A stretch of DNA of 55,503 bases from an uncultured Dehalococcoidia bacterium (GTDB taxonomy: Bacteria > Chloroflexota > Dehalococcoidia > Lucifugimonadales > UBA3495), in the NCBI GenBank assembly GCA_950072105.1, contig CATMOE010000020.1:1-55503 (forward strand), written 5' to 3'. The notes beneath the pieces are model-generated. The model saw only the letters and a program-made list of their open reading frames with translations. It did no database searches and had not been told where the DNA came from. The position numbers and the translations under genes are program-made. This document shows positions 47,059-55,503 of the stretch, one piece after another (within the stretch, counting starts at the first letter, position 1; each line of letters starts with the position of its first letter).

Positions 47059-47586
47059 ATGGCGAAACGTCCGATATTGGGACTGTTTGAGGACGCCAAT
47101 TACGCCGCTGAAGCGGGGGATGCCCTGCAGGAAGCGGATGTTTCACAGGATGACTACGATTTTCTGACCGACGCTCCGTATCCTGAGGGCGCTTTCGGCG
47201 AAAGAGAAGAACGGCACCATCTATATTGGTTTCCCTTCATCGGAGCATTGGTCGGGTTGACGGCGGGAATCTTGATGACCTCCATGACCCAGTTGGCTTA
47301 TCCTCTGGTTCAGGGCGGCAAGCCGATATTGTCTCTCCCTCCCATGGCGGTGATAACCTACGAAAGCACCATGCTTTCGGCAATCATCTTCACCATTCTG
47401 GGTATCATCTTCGAATCTCGCTTGCCGAGACCAAAGATGGGCCTGTACGACACTCGCATCACTGAAGGATACATCGGGGTGCTTGTGAACGTTGAAGAAG
47501 AACAACTTCCCAAAGTATCAGCGCTTCTGACTCAAGCCGGCGCTGTAGACGTGGTAACGGAAAATCCGGAGCCGGCCGCAGCATGA
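47059..47586 (+). CDS. actD: ACIII subunit D (DUF3341)
   Basis: PYP, two TM helices, YPLVQGGKP and ITYE motifs; AGGAGG RBS. Confidence 0.9.
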   Translation: MAKRPILGLFEDANYAAEAGDALQEADVSQDDYDFLTDAPYPEGAFGEREERHHLYWFPFIGALVGLTAGILMTSMTQLAYPLVQGGKPILSLPPMAVITYESTMLSAIIFTILGIIFESRLPRPKMGLYDTRITEGYIGVLVNVEEEQLPKVSALLTQAGAVDVVTENPEPAAA

Positions 47587-48107
47587 AGAACCGGCTGGCA
47601 ATACCCTCCACTCTGGCCGCTTGCCGTAGCAAGGGCTTGAAACCGTATTTGATCGGTTTCGCGATGGTCGCTATGGCGATGGTGGTAGGGTGCGGCCAAG
47701 GCACCTACCCGCTGGATATCTTCTACGAGATGCATTACCAGCAGACATTTAAGTCCCACGAACCGCCCAGGATGGCGGGCGTGGAGAACGCGGTGCCGGT
47801 AGATTGGGTTCCTGTGCCTAAATCCACGTCGTTCAACACGGGCAAGCACCTGTTCAACGTGAACTGCTCCATGTGCCACGGTACGGGAGCTAAGGGTGAC
47901 GGGCCGGTGTTGGCGAAAATGATGAAAGATTACGACTATAAGCCAGCGGTCGACCCGGACCTAACCTCTACCGGAGTCGTAGGGATGCAAGAAAAGGGAA
48001 TGATGGGGTTCATGATTAGCGGCGTCGTTGTCATGCCCAGCTTTAAGAAGCTCTTGACCCCACAAGAAATGGAACTCATCGCCGAGCATATCGTTACTCT
48101 CCAGTAA
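47583..48107 (+). CDS. actE: Monoheme cytochrome c lipoprotein, ACIII subunit E
   Basis: Lipobox VVGC, EMHYQ, CSMCHG..GDG and distal MPSF motifs. Confidence 0.88.
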   Translation: MKNRLAIPSTLAACRSKGLKPYLIGFAMVAMAMVVGCGQGTYPLDIFYEMHYQQTFKSHEPPRMAGVENAVPVDWVPVPKSTSFNTGKHLFNVNCSMCHGTGAKGDGPVLAKMMKDYDYKPAVDPDLTSTGVVGMQEKGMMGFMISGVVVMPSFKKLLTPQEMELIAEHIVTLQ

Positions 48108-48218
48108 TATCAGAGAACGATCTATCAACATAGCGGGTAGAGCGGCTGATACAATAGCCGTTGTCCGATGGTTCACCGGCCCGTCGGCAAGCCGGTTTGC
48201 CCCGGCTGGGGCAGGTTG

Positions 48219-48884
48219 ATGTACGTGCCAGCTTCCTTCAAATTCCACTTTCCTCGAGTGACTTTGTCTATCGCATTGGCAATATCAGTATCTTTTCTTT
48301 GGGTGGGAGTGGCGTATGGGCAGAACCCGGACCCTGGCTCTGCTGATCCGCGGATCCCGGCTTACGATCAGGAAGAAGCCCAGAGCATAGACGGGATGCT
48401 GATGTGTCCAGTGTGTCCCGCTGAGACCATCGGGCAGGCCCAGGTAGAGATCTCCCGTCAGATGCGGCGGTTGGTGCGCGAGAAGTTGTCCCAAGGAGAC
48501 AGCCGCCAGGAGATCCTGGACTTCTTCCAAGATCGCTACGGTACGGACATCCTGGCCGCTCCTCCCAAGTCGGGAGTGAATCTTGTTGCTTGGGTGGTGC
48601 CGGTGCTTGGGATGCTGGGGGCGCTTGTCGCCGGCCTTCTGGTGATTCGCTCCATGGCCCGCAAGGGTGCGGGGGAGGCAGTTAACGAGACGGCGATGGA
48701 CGAAGATTTGGCGCCTTATCTGGAAATGATCGATCGAGACCTGGGTCTCGGTGATGCCGGAGTCCCTGGACCACCGGGAAACCGGCAGCCGCCGGATAAC
48801 GTAGCTGGTGTTGAACCGGTAGGTAATACTGGATCCGAGCTCGCTACCGGAGATACGGAATCTCCGGAACAGGACGTTAAATAA
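48219..48884 (+). CDS. ccmH: Cytochrome c biogenesis protein CcmH
   Basis: LMCPVC, RYG..ILAAP, W..P TM segment; start uncertain (48168, 48219 or 48258). Confidence 0.88.
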   Translation: MYVPASFKFHFPRVTLSIALAISVSFLWVGVAYGQNPDPGSADPRIPAYDQEEAQSIDGMLMCPVCPAETIGQAQVEISRQMRRLVREKLSQGDSRQEILDFFQDRYGTDILAAPPKSGVNLVAWVVPVLGMLGALVAGLLVIRSMARKGAGEAVNETAMDEDLAPYLEMIDRDLGLGDAGVPGPPGNRQPPDNVAGVEPVGNTGSELATGDTESPEQDVK

Positions 48885-48887
48885 ACC

Positions 48888-50897
48888 ATGGCTGACTTGG
48901 GCGCCATATCGTTGTGGATCGCATTGGCCCTGTCTTCCTATGCCGCCATTGGCTCATTCTTGGGGAAGGCGCGGGGATCGGTTGAGCTTGTTGTAAGCTC
49001 GCGCCGGGCCGCCTACTTGGCGGTGCTGGTCCTGTTCGTGTGCACGTTAAGCCTGGTGATCCTGTTCATCAACCGGGACTTCGAAGTGGCATACGTAGCC
49101 CGGCACAGCGACCTAGCCATGGCGGACCGCTTTACCTGGGTGGCGTTCTACGCGGGTAACGAAGGGTCGCTGCTCTACATAGCATTCGCTCTGGCGGCTA
49201 TGTCGGCGCTGGCCATCTGGCGGGCGCCGTCAAACACGCTGGACACCCTGCCCTACACCACCGGTGTTTTGATGGTGGTACTGGTTTTCTTTCTGGCAGT
49301 GACGGGGTTCATGGCTAACCCGTTTGACAAGCTGCCCTTCGTCCCGCCCGATGGCGATGGGATAAATCCGCTGCTTACCCACTTTGGGATGTTCATACAC
49401 CCACCCATGTTGATGGCGGGGTTGATCTGCGCCAGTATGCCTTTTGCTTTTGCCATGGGGTCTTTGCTGGGTGGGAAGACCGGCGACGAGTGGGTGGATG
49501 CCGGGCGGCTGTGGGGCATCATTGCCTGGGCTTTGCTGGCCGCTGGGCTGTTGTTGGGGTCCTGGTGGGCCTACACCATTCTGGGGTGGGGCGGGTTCTG
49601 GTTCTGGGACCCGGTGGAGAACGCGGCCCTGATGCCCTGGCTGGGACTGACGGCCTTCATCCACTCCATCATGGTGCAGAAGCGCCGGGGCATGTTCCGA
49701 ATGTGGAATATCGTCCTGGTCAACGTGGCTTTCGGACTGGCTCTTTACGGGATGTTCATGAACCGGGGAGGACCGGTGCCGTCGGTGCACTCCTTTGGCG
49801 CCTCCAACCTGGGCTGGGTATTTTTGGCGTTCCTGGCGGTGGGCGTGCTGATCCCCTTCGCTCTTTTCTTCTGGCGGTTCCCGCTGCTAAAGAGCGCTCA
49901 GACCCTGGACTCCATGCTCTCCCGGGAGGCGGCCTTCCTGGTGAACAACCTGTTGTTGCTGGGAATCGCCTTTGTCACCCTGTGGGGCAGTGTTTATCCC
50001 CTGATCTCGCGCTTGGTTGCCGGGGAAGAGATAACCATTGCCCGGCCTTTTTACGATCAGGTGAACGGGCCGTTATTCTTGGCCTTGCTGCTGTTGATGG
50101 GAGTAGGCCCGCTGCTGCCCTGGCGCCGGGCCACCGCGGCCAGTCTAAAGAGGGCTTTGCTTGCGCCGGGGAGCGTCGCCCTGGGGCTGTCAGCCGCATT
50201 GCTGGTTGCGGGCATACACCAGCCATATGCCCTGATCGGATTTGGGTTGGGGGCGTTCGTGACGACGGGAATCTTCATAGAGTGGTGGCGGGGTACGCGT
50301 TCCCGGCATCGCTCCACCGGTGACGCTTATCCCATCGCTTTCTTGCGCCTTTTGGCGGCCAACCGGCCTCGATATGGGGGTTACATCGTTCACCTGTCGG
50401 TGGTGATGGTTGCTTTGGGGGTTGTTGGGACTTCCTTCTTCAATGAACAGCGGGACGTGGTGTTGGGTCCTGGAGAAAGTGTCCAGATCAATGATTACGA
50501 ACTCCGTTATGTGGGCACCGTGGAACGACAAAAATCAAACCGGACGGAGTTTGTGTCCACGGTGGAGGTGTACCGGGACGGGAAGTTACGGTACATCCTC
50601 CAGCCCCAGCGGGCTTTCTATCCGTCATTCAACATGGCGGCTACCAGGGCCGCCATTCGATCAACACCGGTGGAGGACCTGTTCGTCGTGCCCAGCGAGA
50701 ATCTGCCTGACGGCAGCGTGGGATTCCGGGTTTTGGTAAATCCCCTGATCTGGTGGATGTGGGTGGCCGGCCCGGTGATGATTTTAGGAACGGTTGTAGC
50801 TTTATGGCCCCAGCCGGTCCGCACCACCGCGCCCGCGTCTTCAAGGGTGGCAAGAACGCTAGCAAGGGCGGGCGGCAGTACCACTGGCGCGCTCTGA
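48888..50897 (+). CDS. ccmF: Heme lyase CcmF
   Basis: EGSLL, NPLL, HPP, WWD motif WGGFWFWDPVEN, SVHSF, GGYIVH and NPLI.W.W. Confidence 0.95.
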   Translation: MADLGAISLWIALALSSYAAIGSFLGKARGSVELVVSSRRAAYLAVLVLFVCTLSLVILFINRDFEVAYVARHSDLAMADRFTWVAFYAGNEGSLLYIAFALAAMSALAIWRAPSNTLDTLPYTTGVLMVVLVFFLAVTGFMANPFDKLPFVPPDGDGINPLLTHFGMFIHPPMLMAGLICASMPFAFAMGSLLGGKTGDEWVDAGRLWGIIAWALLAAGLLLGSWWAYTILGWGGFWFWDPVENAALMPWLGLTAFIHSIMVQKRRGMFRMWNIVLVNVAFGLALYGMFMNRGGPVPSVHSFGASNLGWVFLAFLAVGVLIPFALFFWRFPLLKSAQTLDSMLSREAAFLVNNLLLLGIAFVTLWGSVYPLISRLVAGEEITIARPFYDQVNGPLFLALLLLMGVGPLLPWRRATAASLKRALLAPGSVALGLSAALLVAGIHQPYALIGFGLGAFVTTGIFIEWWRGTRSRHRSTGDAYPIAFLRLLAANRPRYGGYIVHLSVVMVALGVVGTSFFNEQRDVVLGPGESVQINDYELRYVGTVERQKSNRTEFVSTVEVYRDGKLRYILQPQRAFYPSFNMAATRAAIRSTPVEDLFVVPSENLPDGSVGFRVLVNPLIWWMWVAGPVMILGTVVALWPQPVRTTAPASSRVARTLARAGGSTTGAL

Positions 50898-50929
50898 ACC
50901 CAGCGGAGCCATAAAGGCAGACTGATTCT

Positions 50930-51328
50930 ATGGCCATTCTATTATCCGTTGTTCTGATCGTTCTCAGCGCTTGTGTAGTGGTCTATCCCTTTCTTCGACG
51001 CCGGAATCCCGCCGCTGATGACGGTCTGACGCACGATGCCGGGGCGACGGACCGCGAGATGGAATCTCTGCTGGAAGATATGCGCATTCTCCGTCTTGAC
51101 CACCAGTCCGGTAATATTCCCGACGGATTGTACGAAGAGCAACTGCAGGCCTACCGGTTGCAAGCAGCCATTCATCTCCGGCGGCAGGCTCAAGCGCAAC
51201 CGCAACCGGGGGGTGCGGATCGGGAATTGGAGCAAGAGGTGTTGATGCTCCGCCTCTCCTCTCAAGCCCAAGATCTAGTGGAATCGGAGGGAGCCATCTC
51301 TGACTCCAATGAAGACCCGGAAACCTAA
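50930..51328 (+). CDS. CcmI-N-like membrane-anchored protein
   Basis: N-terminal TM ending YPF, LRLDHQSGNI..Y helical motif; lies in the ccm cluster. Confidence 0.7.
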   Translation: MAILLSVVLIVLSACVVVYPFLRRRNPAADDGLTHDAGATDREMESLLEDMRILRLDHQSGNIPDGLYEEQLQAYRLQAAIHLRRQAQAQPQPGGADRELEQEVLMLRLSSQAQDLVESEGAISDSNEDPET

Positions 51329-52545
51329 TGGTTCGCGTCTTCTGGATTATCATCATTGGCTCGTTCTTGATGGTGGTTGGGTTGAAAGCGGAGTCTGGTT
51401 CGGCCCAAGAGGTGGTGACCATCAAAGGCAGAGTTGTCAACGGCACCAGCGGAGCGGAGGCGCCGGGGGCGTTGCCAGTGTTGCTTCTGGCAACCGATCA
51501 GGACGGCCGGGTAGCCGCTACCGCCCAAGGATTGACCGATGACACCGGGGGCTTCGAGTTCGGTGATCTTCCCCTATTGGACGCCGGACAATACATCTTT
51601 AGCGTCGACTACGCTGGGGTACTATACGGCGAGGTATTGTCGCCTGAAGAGACGTCCGGTGGAGTTGAGATTCAAGTGTTCGAGACTACCCGGGATGTAA
51701 CGGTAGTCCAAATAACACGCCAGGTGTTGGTGATTGCCGGGGTTGACCGGACCGAGCGGGAAATTTCCGCCATCGAGTTTGTATTGCTGGCCAACGAAAC
51801 CGACCGGACGCTTCTGCCCGACGTTTCCAATCCCGCCATGATGAGCTTTCTCCGCTTTTCATTGCCGCCCGGCACTCACGACTTAGACGTCCAATCGAAC
51901 CTTCCAAGCCGGGAAGTGATATCCGTAGGCTCGGGTTTCGCGATCACTTCTCCGGTGATCCCCGGCAGACATAGCGTGGAGTTCTCTTACATCTTCCCCT
52001 ATCACGGAAACGCCCTTTCTTATCGCCAACCTCTGCTCCAGGGGGCCGAGGTCTACCAGGTGTTGGTGCCTGAGCGTCTCGCTCCTTTGCGAGCCGGAAT
52101 GCTGGATGAGGTGGAACCGGTTCGGATTCAGGGAACGGTTTACCAAGCCTGGGAGCGCCGGAACATCGATGCGGGGCAAGGAGTGGCATTGGAATTTCTA
52201 GAACTCCCCGAGCCAAGTCTAACGGACCGATTTCAGCGGGCTATAACCAGCGCCACCCTCTGGCAGGCCGTGCTTCCCAGTGCGTTAGGAGCCTTCCTGG
52301 CGGTTCTGGTGCTCTTGGGCGTCTATAAGGGCCGGGCCGGTTTCCGCGCGGCCACAGAGGCTCTTGGCGCTCCAGGGGGCGATATTCCCCTTGATCCAGA
52401 CCGAATGGTCCAAGAGATCGCCGATCTGGACGACCGGTACGAGCGGGGAGAACTGATCGACGCAGAGTACCGGGAACGGCGGCAAGGGTTGAAAAGCCGC
52501 ATCCTAGAGTCCAGGCAAAACGAGCCCGGGAGATCTCAGGATTGA
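51328..52545 (+). CDS. Exported beta-sandwich (carboxypeptidase-regulatory-like) protein with C-terminal TM and SHOCT-like tail
   Basis: Signal peptide, IKGRVVNGT and TDDTGGFEF motifs, late TM helix, IADLDDRYERGEL..EY tail; translationally coupled to the previous gene. Confidence 0.75.
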   Translation: MVRVFWIIIIGSFLMVVGLKAESGSAQEVVTIKGRVVNGTSGAEAPGALPVLLLATDQDGRVAATAQGLTDDTGGFEFGDLPLLDAGQYIFSVDYAGVLYGEVLSPEETSGGVEIQVFETTRDVTVVQITRQVLVIAGVDRTEREISAIEFVLLANETDRTLLPDVSNPAMMSFLRFSLPPGTHDLDVQSNLPSREVISVGSGFAITSPVIPGRHSVEFSYIFPYHGNALSYRQPLLQGAEVYQVLVPERLAPLRAGMLDEVEPVRIQGTVYQAWERRNIDAGQGVALEFLELPEPSLTDRFQRAITSATLWQAVLPSALGAFLAVLVLLGVYKGRAGFRAATEALGAPGGDIPLDPDRMVQEIADLDDRYERGELIDAEYRERRQGLKSRILESRQNEPGRSQD

Positions 52546-52555
52546 ACTCTAAGAG

Positions 52556-53143
52556 TTGGCAATTTTGAGTAAACGAGGTTGGATCCTGATCGGCTCGGCG
52601 CTGCCGTTACTGGCCCTTTTCGCTTTGCTGGCATGGGCTTCGGCCCAGTCGCGGGGCAATCCGGGCGGATTCGGTGTTAACGCCGAGTTTGGGCAGGTGG
52701 AGGTTTCTTCGGACCAAGCGGCCGATTTTTCATTACAGTTGATGACCGGCGGCACGGTGACTTTGTCGGAACTGCGAGGGAAAGTCGTTATGGTGGACTT
52801 TTGGTCTTCCTGGTGTCCCCCTTGCCGGCGGGAGGCGAGGACGCTGGCCGAGGTATACCTGGAGTATGAAGGCCGACCCGTGGAATTCGTCGGCGTCGAT
52901 ATCTGGGACGAATCCACGGCAGCCCAGAAGCACATCGACCGATACGGCGTAACCTACCCTAATGGAATTGACACCAACGGTATCATCGCCATCAACTACG
53001 GCGTTACCGGGTTGCCTGAGAAATTCTTCATCAGCCTTGATGGCCGGGTCGTCAAGAAGTTTGTCGGGCCTATGAGCCCATCAAAGCTTCGAGACATCCT
53101 GAACGAAATGTTAGGCGAACGGCCTCCTCTTTCCAGCCGATAA
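52556..53143 (+). CDS. ccmG: TlpA/CcmG-family thiol:disulfide oxidoreductase
   Basis: N-terminal TM, DFWSSWCPPC and YGVTGLPE motifs. Confidence 0.88.
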   Translation: MAILSKRGWILIGSALPLLALFALLAWASAQSRGNPGGFGVNAEFGQVEVSSDQAADFSLQLMTGGTVTLSELRGKVVMVDFWSSWCPPCRREARTLAEVYLEYEGRPVEFVGVDIWDESTAAQKHIDRYGVTYPNGIDTNGIIAINYGVTGLPEKFFISLDGRVVKKFVGPMSPSKLRDILNEMLGERPPLSSR

Positions 53144-53297
53144 GCCTTGTCCCCTTCGGCCTCCTTTGCTTTGCATGGCCGTCCGATCCTGAAGCGGCTT
53201 GGGTTAACGAACGGCGGGTTTTACCATGAATTACCGGGCATCACCGGTAATAGACCCGCGGTAGATCGATCGAAGTTGGTTTGGGAGCGAAGAAGGC

Positions 53298-54193
53298 ATG
53301 TGGCGACGAATAACTTCTCCGGTAAGAGCGCGCACCCGCAAATTTGTCCCCGCTGTTATCGCCCTGCTGATGGCGCTCATGATATCAACGCTGGCCTGTG
53401 AGGAAGTTCAGGCCCTTAGCGCGTCAGCCGGCGCCGCCAGGTAGGCGGCGGCGGTGGCGTAGGCGGTGGCGGCGGCATCGCGTCTCCGGAAGCCCAACTT
53501 CTCCAAAGGTCCCTGGAACTAACCGGGGAATTGCAGAGCTTTCGCGCCCACGTGGAAATGCTGATGATGATGGATGGGAAAAGGCTACCACTGTCCATCG
53601 ACATGACAAAGGCGGCGAGCGGGCGGATGCGTCTGGTGATGGACATGGATTCCCTGGCCCCCGGTATGCGGATGGAGATGGTTATCGCCGATGACGAGAT
53701 GTTCGCCAACCTACCTGGCGTTGGCTGGGTGCGCATGGACGCCTCTGCCATGTCAGGAATATTGGGACAGGCCGGGCCCGGTATCGAAGATCCCATGGGG
53801 CTGTTCGATGGTCTCTTTCCTGACGGTGCTTTGCCGGCGAGCTTGTATAATGTCCAATCTCTGGGTAAGGAAGAAGTCGATGGCGTGCCCACCGAGCACC
53901 TTGTGATACTGATGGACTTCGGCAGAATCGTGAAAGAGATGAGTAAAAGTTCTATGGGGCAACTTTCCCAGCTGATGTCTCTTTCCGGCGGGTCGGGCAA
54001 TGGCGGTTTGGACAGCATGGGCATCAATGAGATTGAGGTTTGGATCGACGAAGATGGTTACAACCGGCGGACCGTCATGACGATCGCGCTCAACGCAAAC
54101 AGCTCGGTGATTTTCGACATGCGCATGTTCGGCTTCAACGACGACATCAGCGTCGATCTGCCCGCCAGTTATACTGACATTCCCCTCAATTAG
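53298..54193 (+). pseudogene. LppX/LolA-like lipoprotein split by a frameshift near 53438
   Basis: ATG 53298 gives a signal peptide with lipobox TLAC, ending at TAG 53442. The body (GKEEVDGVPTEH, VWIDEDGY, FNDDISVDLP) is in another frame that is open from 53420. Confidence 0.7.
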
Positions 54194-54331
54194 AATAAGC
54201 CGTTGGAGATTTACTCGGCGCGCTATCGGTCATCATTTCCCGGTAAAACTTCGGCTCTTGGTGAGAAATCGCCTTGGCTTTCCTAGCTGCTATGATAGAC
54301 ACCGGGATAGTCCTGAGCAGGGGAAGCGCAA

Positions 54332-55336
54332 ATGACACAGGCTTCAGAAGTAGCGGTGGTGATGGATTGGGGCGGGACTTGGATCAGGGTAGGGGTGTTG
54401 GACCGGGACGGGCAGATCCTTTGGCAAGACAGGGTTGGCCACGCCCGGGGAACCGGCAAGGACGAACTCTTGGGGTTGGCCGAGGGTTTACTGAGAGAAG
54501 CCATAGATCAGTGCGGCTCCAGAACCGTTATGGGTGTCGGCATTGCCATCGCCGGTCCGGTGGATTCGGAAACCGGGACCCTATACCAGCCCCCCAATCT
54601 GTACGTCCTAGACGGAGTTTCCCTGAAGTCCCTGTGGGAGAAAAGCCTTGGATATCCGGTGCTGGTGGGAAACGACGCCAACTTGGCGGCCCTAGGAGAA
54701 TTTTACCTTGGCGCAGGCCGGGAAGCGGCAAAAGGGGGGACGCCCCCCGGGACTCTGGTCTATCTAACCATCAGCACGGGCATCGGTGGCGGTGTGATTG
54801 AGCGGGGCGAGATGTTTTTGGGCGCACACGGTCTGGCCGCCGAGATTGGCCACATGTGTATCGACGCCAGCGCCAGCGCCCCCGAATGTCAGTGTGGCGC
54901 TCGAGGCTGCTTGGAGTCGATGGCGTCGGGCACTGCCATCGCCAGCATAACCAAGGAACGGATCGCCCGAGGAGACTTCCCGGATTCATCTTTGGCCGCG
55001 GAATCGGACTCCTTGACATCGGCTACAGTCCTACAAGCCGCGGGCAGAGGCGACGCTTTGGCCGTGAGCGTTCTGGATGGTGTAGTGTTCGCTTTGTCCG
55101 TCGGCTTGACCAACGTTCTGCACCTTTACAATCCGGATCTGGTGGTGCTGGGCGGCGGCGTGACGCTGGGATTGGTTGAACTGGATATGTTGCCCCGGAT
55201 CGAGGAAATGATTAAGGGCCGGGCCATGAGCGAGTTCCATAAGGAGTTCCGGTTGGTGGCCAGTCATTTGGGAGACGATCCGGGAATGGTGGGAGCCGCC
55301 ACCCTGGTCTGGCAAAACGCCCAAGCCGGCGGATAG
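54332..55336 (+). CDS. glk: ROK-family sugar kinase (glucokinase-like)
   Basis: DWGGT, GNDANLAALGE, STGIGGG, EIGH, CQCGARGCLE and LGGG motifs. Confidence 0.9.
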   Translation: MTQASEVAVVMDWGGTWIRVGVLDRDGQILWQDRVGHARGTGKDELLGLAEGLLREAIDQCGSRTVMGVGIAIAGPVDSETGTLYQPPNLYVLDGVSLKSLWEKSLGYPVLVGNDANLAALGEFYLGAGREAAKGGTPPGTLVYLTISTGIGGGVIERGEMFLGAHGLAAEIGHMCIDASASAPECQCGARGCLESMASGTAIASITKERIARGDFPDSSLAAESDSLTSATVLQAAGRGDALAVSVLDGVVFALSVGLTNVLHLYNPDLVVLGGGVTLGLVELDMLPRIEEMIKGRAMSEFHKEFRLVASHLGDDPGMVGAATLVWQNAQAGG

Positions 55337-55419
55337 GACCTGGTTCCAGGGGTGGTTCACCCCGATAAAATCGGGGTTGCCACGAACCGGAAAAATCCGT
55401 CCACCACGGCCCGAACGAT

Positions 55420-55445
55420 CCGTTCGCCCTGAGCCTGTCGAAGGG
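55420..55445. repeat. Family-A REP-like repeat
   Basis: ccgttcgccctgagcctgtcgaaggg, identical to 11938-11963. Confidence 0.8.
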
Positions 55446-55503
55446 CTGTGACTTCTGCTCCCAACAGGGTCCTATCGAGGACCGTCCTCCGGAATAGCTA
55501 AAC

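Noticed and set aside
53230..53251. Palindrome attaccgg-N6-ccggtaat as an operator
   Set aside because: Single occurrence with no regulator nearby; cannot be supported from the sequence alone.
17..55360. The many short antisense and alternate-frame ORFs in the track
   Set aside because: They overlap well-supported genes and are the shadow ORFs expected in GC-rich DNA.

Overview
A bacterial chromosomal window of moderately high GC. The gene content (two luciferase-like monooxygenases, family III CoA-transferase, amidase, mandelate-racemase family, MDMPI, NHL protein, alternative complex III) suggests Chloroflexota/Dehalococcoidia, SAR202-like; this is an inference, not a database result. Positions 1-37 kb hold mostly unlinked catabolic and redox enzymes. 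Positions 39.7-53 kb hold an alternative complex III (ACIII/Qrc-like) operon behind a Rex-like operator, followed by System I cytochrome c maturation genes. The main signal the ORF track misses is two probable selenoproteins, each with an in-frame UGA at a catalytic Cys position and a SECIS-like hairpin just downstream: a ferredoxin:thioredoxin reductase catalytic chain (CPC-CPC-CHU, 15021-15449) and a peroxiredoxin-like UxxC protein (24861-25361). Other points: a tandem CoA-transferase with one apparently dead domain, a GatC/AtzG-like domain fused to an amidase, an orphan nucleotidyl-cyclase-like gene, an unannotated pilin-like small ORF, four disrupted genes, and several REP-like intergenic repeat families. 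I saw no rRNA, tRNA, CRISPR array or transposase.
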